Shown one piece after another: positions 38,593-50,462 of a DNA stretch of 64,000 nt. The position numbers and the translations under genes are program-made. The stretch is from assembly GCF_006345805.1 (NCBI RefSeq), contig NW_021834249.1:13146-77145 (forward strand), in the 5' to 3' direction. The notes beneath the pieces were generated by a model. That model ran no database searches. It saw only the letters and a list, made by a program, of their open reading frames with translations, and had not been told where the DNA came from. The DNA comes from Octopus sinensis. Its lineage: Eukaryota. Every line of letters starts with the position of its first letter. The first letter of the stretch is position 1.

Positions 38593-38708
38593 TTGTGTTT
38601 GTGTGTGTGTGTGTGTGCGTGTGTGTGCGTGTGTTTGTGTTTGTGTGTGTGTGTGCGTGCGTGCGTGTGTGTGTGTGTGTGTATACACCACACACACACA
38701 CACACTAT

Positions 38709-38749
<41 letters not shown>

Positions 38750-38959
38750 AAAAGAAGAGAGAGAGATCTGACAGCCGGACAATAAAGAGAGAGTGAGAGT
38801 GAGATATATGGACAGGTAGGCAAAACAGACAGACAGACAGACAGATGCCCTCTCAGGAGAGGCTGATAAGCAGATTATTTAAGCAGGCAGAACTGTTAGC
38901 AGCCATCTACAGTTCGAACACACAGACACAGAAGGCCTTTCGCTTTTACACTTCTATAC

Positions 38960-39744
38960 ATTTCGCTCACACACACACACACACACACACTCATACACAC
39001 ATGCACACACACACACTTGATTCTATAGGCATACATACATGCGCACACACACACACACACACACCACACACACATACTCATGCACACATATACTCATGAC
39101 ACACACTCATACACACATGCACACACACACACACACTCATACACGCATGCACACACACACACACACTTGATTCTATAGGCATACATACATTATACTTGCC
39201 CATATGCATATACACACTCTTTACTACTTATATACAAATATACGTACACGGATGTATGCACACACACACGCACACACACACACTGATATATAGAAATTCT
39301 TTCGGATTCCCTCTCTTTCTCCTATACACACATGCGCACACATACACACACACACACATACACACACACACACACACACATACTCATACACACACATACT
39401 CATGCACACACACTCATACACACATTGCACACACACACACACACTCATACACACATGCACACACACACACACTCATACACACACACACACATATACTCAT
39501 GCACACATACACACATGCACACACACACACTCATACACACACACAACACACACACACACACAGGTATGCATACTTGATTCTATAGGCATACATACATCAA
39601 TACTTGCCCATACGCATATACACACTCTTTACTACTTATATACATATATACATACACGGATGTATGCACACACACACGCACACACACACACTGATATATA
39701 GAAATTCTTTCGGATTCCCTCTCTTTCTCCTATACACACATGCG

Positions 39745-39785
<41 letters not shown>

Positions 39786-40320
39786 TCATGCACACATATA
39801 CTCATGCACACACACTCATACACACATGCACACACACACACACACTCATACACACATGCACACACACACACTTGATTCTATAGGCATACATACATGCGCA
39901 CACATACACACACACATACTCATGCACACATATACTCATGCACACACACTCATACACACATGCACACACACACACACACATGCACACACACACACACAGG
40001 TATGCATACTTGATTCTATAGGCATACATACATCAATACTTGCCCATACGCATATACACACTCTTTACTACTTATATACAAATATACATACACTGATGTA
40101 CGCATGCACACACACACACACACACACACTGATATATAGAAATTCTTTCGAATTCCCTCTCTTTTTCTTTCCTTCTTTTTCTCCTATACACACATGCGCA
40201 CACGCACACATACACACACACACCACACACACACACATACACACACACTCATACACACACACTCATACACACACGCACACACACACTCATACACACATGC
40301 ACACACGCACACATTTGCAC
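38960..40320. repeat. CA-microsatellite-rich higher-order tandem repeat (periods about 408 and 436 bp)
   Basis: Anchor tacttgcccata...gaaattctttcg at 39193, 39601 and 40037. Confidence 0.9.
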
Positions 40321-40349
40321 CTACTCTATTCATCTTGATTTGAAATCCT

Positions 40350-40686
40350 GATAAACCTATTTGTTCCCAGATCAAATTCTTCCAAGGTCAACTTAGCCTT
40401 TCATTCCTTTTGAGTCTACATCCAGATGTAGACCCATTCATTCTCCTTCTCTTTGTCTCCTTTTCTTTCTCCCCCCTTCTTTTTATCTTACATGCACAGG
40501 CACATACATACACACACTCACATATGCACACACATACACACACATACCTATTTGTTCCAACTCAGGGTTTTCAGATTTCAAATCCTGCCTGGGTCACCTT
40601 AGCTTTTCATCTTTTGGGGGCAAACACACACAGATGTATACCCACTACCCATTCATTCTCTGTCTGTCTGTCTCTGTCTCTGTCTC

Positions 40687-40720
<34 letters not shown>

Positions 40721-40859
40721 AACACAACACACATACATATTTCTTCCAACTCTGTTTCCAGTTTCAAATCTTGCCTGGGTCACCTTAAGCCTTTCATCTT
40801 TTGGGGGGGCCCACACACACAGATGTATACTCACTACCCATTCATTCTCTGTCTGTCTG

Positions 40860-40938
<79 letters not shown>

Positions 40939-41130
40939 TACATATTTCTTCCAACTCTGTTTCCAGTTTCAAATCCTGCCTGGGTCACCTTAGCCTTTCA
41001 TTCTTTTGGGGAATGGACATAGATGTATATTCCTTCAATTCTCTCTCTCTCCCTTACACACACACATTTCTTCCAACACTATTTGTCTTGAGTTCAAATC
41101 CTACCAAAGATGAGCTTAACTGTTTATTCA
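40350..41130 (+). repeat. Tandem array of about five SINE-D B-box/core fragments joined by microsatellite linkers
   Basis: ttcaaatc(c/t)tgcctgggtcaccttagcctttcat at about 40578, 40764 and 40968, with diverged copies at about 40372 and 41093. Confidence 0.7.
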
Positions 41131-41269
41131 CTCAGGGTCAGTAAACAAAAGCACAATAGTATACCGGCCCTTCCAAGTAGATGATAGACCAAACTCTAAG
41201 ACAATCGGGTCAGATGCCTTGTGCCATGTGTTTTCTTGCTCTTTACAATCCGAGATCAAAGCCACAATA

Positions 41270-41488
41270 TCCTTCATGTTTCAGCCATTTGACTGCGACC
41301 ATGCTGGAGCATCACCTTGAAGGGTTTTGTCATGACAAATTGACCCCAGCACTTATTTTTAAGCCCAATATTTATTCTATCAGTCTCTTCTGCCAAACTG
41401 CTAAGTTACAGGAACATAAACACACCAAGCAGTGATGAGGGGATAAACACAGACACAAAGACACACACTCATAGATACACACACGCAA

Positions 41489-41521
<33 letters not shown>

Positions 41522-41665
41522 CAACAGGCTTCTTTCAGTTTCCATCTGTGAAATCCACTCACAAGATTGTGGTTGGCCGGAGGCTATAATAGAAGAAACT
41601 TGCCCAAGTTGCCACACAGTAGGATTGAACCTGGAACCATGCGGTTGAGGGGCAAGCTTCTTACC
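41270..41665 (-). mobile_element. Family C SINE (diverged) with internal (TA)n
   Basis: Reverse complement of the family C consensus. Confidence 0.8.
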
Positions 41666-42116
41666 TTACATTTGTATACATATTCAAGTGTACCTGTCTC
41701 TATTTATGTAGGAATTTTTTTTTTTTTTTAAGTATAAGAGTTTCACAATTTCTTTAAAAAAAATAAAAGAACTCTATGTCTTTCTTTATTTTCTTTATTT
41801 CTGTTCCGTTACCATATTTCTGCCATTTGTCTGTCAAAGTTGAAAAATAACAGCAATCACGTGACACTAACATAAAAAAAATTTTCTAAAAAAGATGAAA
41901 AGTGGCACTGTTACCGTTTCTTGGGTGTGCGATGATATTTTATTCTTGAATACATACACATATACATGCATGCATGCATACATATATATACATACATAAA
42001 TACATACATATAAAACACACACATACATACACACATTTTTTTTCTTTATCTTTTTTTTTTGGCATTTTAAGGAAATGCAACTTGCAAAAATAAAAATGAT
42101 GATGATGATAATGATG

Positions 42117-42147
<31 letters not shown>

Positions 42148-42250
42148 TGATGATGATGACATTCATGATGATGTTAAATGTAATATTTCTGCATATACAG
42201 AAGGAATCAGACAAAATCTGGAAATATATTTGTATATGTATGTGTGTGTG

Positions 42251-42316
<66 letters not shown>

Positions 42317-42607
42317 AAAATAATATATTTAGTGATATCTATCAGTCTATCAATCTATATATGTATGTATGTAAAATGTATAGTATTAATGTGTATATAA
42401 GTGTGTGTGTTTGAAATGGATACACCATACACCTGTATATCAGAAGAGGTGACAAAAGGTGATGGCATCAGAAAGAGCATATGGCTATTGGAGACGTCAT
42501 TAAAAATTCTAGCAGGATGCCATCACAAAAAAGGTGATAATGATGTTGATATTATACATATATTTATGTAGACGTGTGTGTGTGTGTATATATATATGTA
42601 CAGACAC

Positions 42608-42970
42608 ACATCATCATCATCATCATCGTTTAATGTCCGCTTTCCATGCTAGCATGGGTTGGACGATTTTGACTGAGGGCTGGCAAACCAGATGGCTGCA
42701 CCTGGCTCCAATCTTGATCTGGCAGAATTTCTACAGCTGGATGCCCTTCCTAACACCAACCACTTCGAGAGTGTAGTGGGTGCTTTTTACGTGTCACCGG
42801 CACGGGGGCCAGTCAGGCAGTACTGGCAATGACCTCGCTCAAATCTTTTTACACGTGCCACCGGCACAGGTGCCAGTGAAGCGACGTTGGTAATGATCAC
42901 GCTCGAATGGTGAGCGACGTTGGTAACGATCATGCTCGAATGGTGAACGACGTTGGTAACGATCACGCTA
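42608..42970 (-). mobile_element. Family E retroposon with 33-bp internal tandem repeat (42880-42969)
   Basis: (CAT)n tail, E body, about 2.7 copies of agcgacgttggtaacgatcacgctcgaatggtg. Confidence 0.85.
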
Positions 42971-43022
42971 TGCATATGGACAAGGGCAGCTGTGTAATCT
43001 CTAACTGTATTTTTTGATGATG

Positions 43023-43081
<59 letters not shown>

Positions 43082-43349
43082 TTAGCCAAAACTCATGTCG
43101 GATCAGAGGAAATGTTAACAATGACAAATAGTAAAAAAAATGAAAATAATAATATCAGTGATGATAATAATAATGACAAGAAGTGGTTGGAATCTCCCCA
43201 TGTCCTGATTGCTGATACATCTAGTGATGGTGTCACGATAAAAACACTAGTAATTGCACAACCTGATAATCATTACTTCATATGAGTGACAATGAAAAAA
43301 CAATATATTGTGAATAACGGTGGTAATGAAACTGAAGACAATGATGGTG

Positions 43350-43640
43350 ACAGTGTTGCACCTGGCAAGCTCAGCGATAAGTGTCCAGCTCCAGCTCCAG
43401 CCTGTCGTTATCCAGGAAGGGACCAGCACACACGGTGTAGATGGAACAAACAAGTCAAGGCTGTGGTCATGAGCAATCCATAAGGATAGGGCACTTGCAG
43501 AGAACAGCACTGCATGGAACTGCTTGGATATTCTGGATGGTGCTTGAAAAGTAAGGAGTGTTACCTTAGTTCACTGATAGTGAACAGCTGACACCGTAGT
43601 ACATCTCTGGCGTTAGAAGCTGTGCAAAGACAATAAAATA
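43350..43640 (+). mobile_element. R4/Dong-like LINE derivative: putative N-terminal piece fused to the C-terminus and 3' UTR, (AAT)n tail
   Basis: LQRTALHGTAWIFWMVLEK* (43495-43554) matches the R4/Dong terminal LQK.ALLGTA.ILR.VL motif. Upstream RCRWNKQVKAVVM resembles the R.KW..E.N..VM N-terminal motif (weaker). Confidence 0.6.
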
Positions 43641-43648
43641 ATAATAAC

Positions 43649-43702
<54 letters not shown>

Positions 43703-43705
<3 letters not shown>

Positions 43706-43984
43706 CCCAAGGAAACCCAAAAATGGCAAAAATTCAAAAGATAGTGCTCATGGGAACTGCTCATATCCTACGCAAAATACTTTCTATGTAATCTCAAGGT
43801 TTAAAACATAATTTTCGTGGGTTTTTTATTTTTTTAGACATTCACTAGTACATCACCAAAACAAAACAAATATATGGCACACTAGGCATAACAACAACAT
43901 GAACTTCCAACCCTGTTGTCTCTTGAGGTCTCTGGGTGAGACTTGGAGCCAACTTGTACAAATATAAAGCAAAAGTCAAACATA

Positions 43985-43986
<2 letters not shown>
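43703..43986 (+). mobile_element. R4/Dong-like LINE 3' end (second subfamily) between (AAT)n tracts
   Basis: KIQKIVLMGTAHILRKILSM* (stop 43789-43791), then about 195 nt of 3' UTR and (AAT)n. Confidence 0.8.
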
Positions 43987-44056
<70 letters not shown>

Positions 44057-44058
<2 letters not shown>

Positions 44059-44820
44059 TGGAAGTAGGCTCAATGGAAAAAACAAGACAATGAGCACATG
44101 GACTGTTTCCTTAATGTGATAGGATGCTGGTGTTGTTAAGTGGATAAAGAAGAAGCTTGAGAAAATGGACAGGAAACCAGAAAAGCGATGTCAATTAACA
44201 AGGAACTACACGCAAAAAGCGACATTGACTGGCTGTACGTGCCTAGGGATAAGGAAGGAAGAGGCCTCATGGAACGCAAGATCTGTGTTGTCAACAAGAA
44301 GAACAGTCTTGGATGGTGCATCAAGCAGCAGAGTGAAGCCTTGCTTACCATTGTTAGACTTAACAATGCAATACCTACCGAAAATGTGAAACATTTAAGA
44401 AACAAGATGAAGAAGAAAGAATAAACAATTGGAAAGTGAAACCACTGCATGAGCAATACCTCAGAGAAATCAAAGGAAAAGACAAGACCACCACTTGGAG
44501 ATGGCTAAGAAAAAGTGATCTGAGATATTGAGATACATATTTCTTTACTACCCACAAGGGGCTAAACACAGAGAGGACAAACAAGGACAGACAAATGGAT
44601 TAAGTCGATTATATCGACCCCAGTGCGTAACTGGTACTTATTTAATCGACCCCGAAAGGATGAAAGGCAAAGTCGACCTCGGTGGAATTTGAACCCAGAA
44701 CGTAACGGCAGGCGAAATACCGCTAAGCATTTCACCCGGCGTGCTAACGGTTCTGCCAGCTCGCCGCCTGAGGTATTGAGATACGGTGTCCAGAAACAAG
44801 CTCTGAGAACATCAAGTTAC
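44057..44820 (+). mobile_element. R4/Dong-like LINE RT/thumb fragment, interrupted by a D SINE
   Basis: SRLNGKNK...W.VSL...AGVVKW..KKLEKMDRK.RKAMSINKELHAKSDIDWLYVPRDKEGRGL, then WRWLRKSDL and QEQALRT on either side of the SINE. Confidence 0.85.
44537..44768 (-). mobile_element. Family D SINE, full length, 16-bp TSD (one mismatch)
   Basis: tgagatattgagatac (44521-44536) and tgaggtattgagatac (44769-44784). Confidence 0.95.
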
Positions 44821-44829
44821 ATGACACCT

Positions 44830-45300
44830 TGGTTTTAGGATCTCAATTCTGTTGTGGTTGGTGGGTCTTCTCAAGTACAGCAATGTACCACATATCTCAA
44901 TCCTCTCTCATTTCTTTCATAAGGTTCAGGGTTTTGAAATCAGCCTTCAATATTTCATCCCATGCCTTCCAGCGTCTCCCTCTTCCACAACTTTCCTCCA
45001 CCTTAAGTGATTGGTACTTCCTCTTTATACAACTGTCCCCGTCCATCCGCATCACATGACCAAACCAGCATAGCCTCCTCTCTAGCATGCTGTATTTAAT
45101 TCCTCTGATACCCAATTTCTTTCTCGATTCACCAATGCCCTGTGCCACATGCACATTGATATTACACACCTATTGGAGCATACCAACTTCATTCCTCTCT
45201 GACCCTCACGTGTCCTTTGCATTTAGGGACCACATCCCACTGCTGTGCAGCATTGCAATTCGTACACATGCATCATACAATCTTCCGTTCACTCAGAGAA
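44830..45300 (-). mobile_element. RTE-clade LINE C-terminal fragment
   Basis: ORF 44897-45169: RRLCWFGHVMRMDGDSCIK...GRGRRWKAWDE..K.D matches the RTE LRW.GHV.R...GRGRP..W motif. Confidence 0.85.
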
Positions 45301-45314
45301 GCACAAGGTTGAAA

Positions 45315-45495
45315 TTTTTTTGTGGGGGACTAGTCGATTGTTTTCACCCCAGTGCTCAACTGGTCCTTATTTCATCAACCCTGAAAGGATAAAAAGGCAA
45401 AGTTGACCTCAGTGTAATTTGAACTCAGAACATACAGACAGTTGAAATGCTGCCAAGCGTTTTTGTCCAGCAAGCTAACAATTCTACCAGCTTGC
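45315..45495 (-). mobile_element. Family D (D2-type) SINE
   Basis: aaaggcaaagttgacctcagtgtaatttgaactcagaac; head caagctggtagaattgttagc. Confidence 0.7.
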
Positions 45496-45749
45496 TGTCT
45501 TAATAATAAAACTAAAAATAGTAATTATTTGCAATAACAGTTACAATAATGGAAATAACGATAGGAACAATAATAATAATAATAATAATAATTAATTCCT
45601 TTTATTGGCCACAAGGACTGACACACGTGATTAGAAAACATAAAGGGACAAAACAGGACGAAAGGTTACAAAGGGTTTTGTCCGTTTGTGAAAAAAAATC
45701 GTGTAAAAACAGTGTAACAATCAAATAATATAACAACGAAAAACTCCCA

Positions 45750-45821
<72 letters not shown>

Positions 45822-46301
45822 TAATATTGTTTGTTTGAGCAAGATTTTGTTTATTTATTTATTTTTTCTTAAAATCTGATTCTAAAAACAGTAAAGGATG
45901 AGAGATGAGATGGAACGGAATGGTGTGAGGTGTGTGAAGAATGAAATATTTTCATTAAAATGTTATAATAGAATGTTTATGGTTCTTAAATATAACATGA
46001 TGTCCAACTGACCAATAGAAGAACAACAACAATGACAACAACGACAACAACAGTAACAACGTTATTATCGTCTGTCGGTCAATCAGTCCAGACATAACGT
46101 TTGTTTGTTCTGATTTTACTTTCGTTTGAGTGGAAGTTTAAAAGACGGGGATACAATGAGCAGGGATTAAGGCCCTCTTTGTTTTTGAAGTAATGTCTTG
46201 TACTGATTGAGTGCTGTACACTTCTGTACTGGAATGAACTCTGTCATAATATAGTGTACTCTGTTGTCCTGTACTTTATATATATATATATGCAAATATA
46301 T

Positions 46302-46483
46302 AGGCGCAGGAGTGGCTGTGTGGTAAGTAGCTTGCTAACCAACCACATGGTTCCGGGTTCAGTCCCACTGCGTGGAATCTTGGGCAAGTGTCTTCTGTTA
46401 TAGCCCCGGGCCGACCAAAGCCTTGTGAGTGGATTTGGTAGACGGAAACTGAAAGAAGCCTGTCGTATATATGTATATATATA

Positions 46484-46552
<69 letters not shown>

Positions 46553-46756
46553 TTGTGTGTCTGTGTTTGTCACCCTAGCATTGCTTGACAACCGAAGCTG
46601 GTGTGTTTACGTCCCCGTCACTTAGCGGTTCGGCAAAGAGACCGATAGAATAAGTACTGGGCTCATAAAGAATAAGTCCTGGGGTTGATTTGCTCGACTA
46701 AACGTGGTGCTCCAGCATGGCTGCAGTCAAAATGACTGAAACAAGTAAAAGAGTAA
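46302..46756 (+). mobile_element. Family C tRNA-derived SINE, full length, internal (TA)n of about 76 bp
   Basis: A-box tggctgtgtggtaag, B-box-like ggttcagtccc, 'cttgggcaagtgtctt', (gtaaaaga)n tail. Confidence 0.92.
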
Positions 46757-47220
46757 ATGTGTGTGTGTGTGTGTGTGGTGTGTGTGTGTGTGGTACAAAA
46801 TTTGAAAAGAAAGAGCATGAAGTTGAGGTAAAAAGCAAACGATGTATTAGGCTGATGCTCAGGAAAATTGGAAGAAGTTTCTAATGTTTTGAGAATATGC
46901 TTTTCAAAGGAAAGGATAGGGTTAGGGTTAGGGTCAGGGTTAAGGAAAGGTTAGGGAAAAAAACAAAGAGCAAAGAACAAATGTGTCTCAATTAGAAGAG
47001 GGTCACTGCATGCTGAAATGACCAGAACAGGAAGTTTGGTTGAGGCATGGAGGGCAAGGAAAACAACAGGGACGTATGTGGGTGAGTGTGCAAGCATATT
47101 CTTTTATTCCTTTACTAGTTTCAGTCATTTGACTGTGGCCATGCTGGAGCACTGCCTTAATTTACATTTGCACACACACACACTCACACACAAACACATA
47201 TACATGTGTACGTATCTGTG

Positions 47221-47402
47221 TATCATCATCATCATCATCATCATCCTTTAACGTCTGCTTTCCATGCTAGCATGGGTTGGACGGTTCAACTGGGGTCTGG
47301 GAAGCCCAAAGGCTACACCAGGCTCCAATCTGATCTGGCAGTGTTTCTACAGCTGGATGCTCTTCCTAACGCCAACCACTCCGTGAGTGTAGTGGGTGCT
47401 TT
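47221..47402 (-). mobile_element. Family E retroposon, 5'-truncated, abutting a mariner TIR
   Basis: (CAT)n tail plus E body. Confidence 0.85.
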
Positions 47403-48022
47403 ATCCCATAAATAATGTGGGTTTTTTATACTTCTTTTATTTGTCAAAATTAAGATAAAGTTCTTTTTTAATCTAAAATATACTCCCCTTCATTTTCTAC
47501 AATGCTCTTCCATCTATCTGATAAACTTGCTAAGCACCTTTTCCAAAATTCATTTGTCCATGGCAAAAAAATACTCTTCTAGTACTGTTCTGACCTCATC
47601 TACAGAATTCATATTTTCTCCATCCAAATGGTTTTGAAGACTGCAGAATAAATGATAATTAGATGGGGCCATGTAGTTTCTGGCTCAGAATTTCTGGAAC
47701 CACCATTGACACTGGCTGACGCTTATTGTCTTAACCCCCATATACTGCATTAATATTCCTCACACTTTCCATTGCATTGTTGCCTTTACTGAACTTATAA
47801 ATCAAAATATGCCGAATATACTCCTTTGTCACTTCCATTATAGCTTTGGAAAAAATAACTGTTAAAATCTAACTGCACTCTTCAAAACTTGCACTAAGAA
47901 TAAGCTCAAAGTAAAATTACTACCTGCTTTTATAGACAGTTGATGCAGGTAGTTTAACCCATCTCCCTCTGACTTTTATTTCATGCAATTGAAAATACTG
48001 CATTATCTATGGGATGTCCCAA
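47403..48022 (-). mobile_element. Internally deleted mariner transposon (~620 bp)
   Basis: 5' TIR TTGGGACATCCCATAGATAATGCAG with TA at 48023-48024; ATG at 47838 gives MEVTKEYIRHILIYKFSKGNNAMESVRNINAVYG (mariner HTH); fused near 47672 to APSNYHLF..LQNHL; stop 47468-47470; partial 3' TIR at 47403-47420. Confidence 0.9.
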
Positions 48023-48024
48023 TA

Positions 48025-48034
48025 TATCTATCTG

Positions 48035-48090
<56 letters not shown>

Positions 48091-48098
48091 CCTATCTG

Positions 48099-48151
<53 letters not shown>

Positions 48152-48326
48152 TTGTCTGTCTATCTGTCTATCTATCTATTTGTCTATCTATCTATCTATC
48201 TATTTATCTATCTTTCCCTATCTGTCTATCTATCTATCTATCTCTCTATCTACCTAGCTATCTATCTTTCCCTATCTGTCTATCTATCTATTTGTCTATC
48301 TATCTATCTGTCTATCTATCTACTTG

Positions 48327-48388
<62 letters not shown>

Positions 48389-48389
48389 C

Positions 48390-48430
<41 letters not shown>

Positions 48431-48439
48431 CCTATCTGT

Positions 48440-48491
<52 letters not shown>

Positions 48492-48522
48492 TTATCTATC
48501 TCTGTCTATTTATCTCTATCTA
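48025..48522. repeat. ~500-bp (TATC)n GATA-type array with recurrent tttccc variant
   Basis: Direct reading; starts at the mariner TA site. Confidence 0.95.
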
Positions 48523-48945
48523 TATTGGGACATAACAAACCAATGCTGGTTGTCAAGTGGTGGTGGTGGTGGGGGATAAACACACACACACATATACATT
48601 TGCACACACACACACACACACACACACACGTTAATATCTAGATATTATGCCAGATGTCCTTCAGTTTCTGTCAACCAAATCCACTGACAAAGCTTTGGTC
48701 AGCCAAGACTTGAGTAGAAGATATTTGCCTAAATGTGTCTCACAGTAGGACTGAACCTGGAACCATGTGGTTGGGAAACAAACTTCTTACCACACATCCA
48801 TACCTACAGGCTTCTTTCAGTTTCCATCTACTGAAGAGAATTATGAGTTTTCAGTTGGTTTAAGGTTGTACATGCCCAAGGTTCCACACAGAGGGACTGA
48901 ACTGAAAACCACATGATTAGTAAATGAACTTGTTTACAAGTTTAT

Positions 48946-49111
48946 AGGCGCAGGAGTGGCTGTGTGGTAAGTAGCTTGTTTACCAACCACATGGTTCCGG
49001 GTTCAGTCCCACTGCGTGGCACCTTGGGCAAGTGTCTTCTACTATAGCCTTGGGCCGACCAAAGCCTTGTGAGTGGATTTGGTAGATGGAAACTGAAAGA
49101 AGCCTGTCGTA

Positions 49112-49172
<61 letters not shown>

Positions 49173-49389
49173 TTGTGTGTCTGTGTTTGTCCCCCTAGCA
49201 TTGCTTGACAACCGATGCTGGTGTGTTTACGTCCCCGTCACTTAGCGGTTCGGCAAAAGAGACCGATAGAATAAGTACTGGGCTTACAAAAAAGAATAAG
49301 TCCCGGGGTCGAGTTGCTCGATTAAAGGGCGGTGCTCCAGCATGGCCGCAGTCAAATGACTGAAACAAGTAAAAGAGTAAAGAGAGTAA
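48946..49389 (+). mobile_element. Family C SINE, full length, inserted into the head of an older inverted family C copy (48525-48945 and 49390-49410)
   Basis: Near-identical to 46302 and 62540; the flanks rejoin as minus-strand aggcataggtatggctgagt...aatcatgtggttttcagttcagtccc. Confidence 0.9.
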
Positions 49390-50149
49390 CTCAGCCATAC
49401 CTATGCCTAGACACAGAAATTTTTTTAAACTGTTATAAATGCTTTTAAAAATATATTATCTACCTTACCTCAGTAGTACCCATAATACCAAAGTGGATGT
49501 TGAAACAAGCAAGCAATTAATCAAGCAAACAAACAGGGCTTTAATAGAGGCACTTAAATATTTGCTGGTTGGACATGTGAAATCGTGGGTGACAATGACG
49601 TGAGAAATGAACAGCTAATTAATTGATTGACTGATTACTAATCAGCTCACTCGTTAGAATTCTAATCAAGCCAATTATAATTAGTATCATAAAGTTAATG
49701 TGCAATAAAACGAAAGGACAATTAACAATGAGAACCCTATTTTGTTTCGACAATAACAATAGGTGAGAAAACAAACAGATACAGGTGAAAGGAAGGTTGT
49801 GGGGGGAGGTGGGGGAGACCTGAATTAATGTTTTATATTTGCTAGCTTTTGATCCTTTGTGTTCTGAGTTCAAACACTGCTGTGGAACACAATTACCTTC
49901 CATCTCTTAATTAAATTTTAATTATATACAGTTAATGATTTCAATTAACTGGACACCTTTGTATGTTGTTGTTTAGCCCCCTGGTCAGTTGTGATCAGGC
50001 AGTTCCATGATCGAAGACATAGCAGTCATGAGCTCCACATGTTTTATTCAGACACAGTATATCTAGGACTATATGATTCAATGTCATCATCATCATCATG
50101 ATCATCATCATAACTCTCATCATCAATGTTGTCATCATCATCATTATTG

Positions 50150-50462
50150 TCATCATCATTCTGTGCCAGTGGCACGTAAAAATCACCATCCGAACGTGGC
50201 CGATGACAGCACCACCTTGACTGGCTTCTATGCCAGTGGTACGTAAAAAGCAACAACCGATCATGCCCGCTGCCAGCCTCCCCTGGCACGTAAAAAGCAC
50301 CCACTACACTCACGGAGTGGTTGGCTTTAGGAAGGGCATCCAACTGTAGAAACACTGCCAGATCAAACTGGAGCCTGGTGCAGCCTCCTGGCTTCCCAGA
50401 CTCTGGTCGAACCGTCCAACCTGTGCTAGCACGGAAAATGGACGTTAAACGATGATGATGAT
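50150..50462 (+). mobile_element. Family E retroposon with (GAT)n tail
   Basis: Three gtgcc-ggt-ggcac-gtaaaaagcac modules followed by the E tail. Confidence 0.85.

Noticed and set aside
42880-42969. 33-bp direct repeats resembling a CRISPR array
   Set aside because: Repeats are contiguous with no unique spacers, lie inside a eukaryotic retroposon, and no cas genes are present.
48516-48535. tatattgggaca, an apparent inverted mariner TIR on the far side of the (TATC)n array
   Set aside because: It continues into a minus-strand family C SINE fragment (gggacataacaaacc...ggttgtcaag); the match is coincidental.
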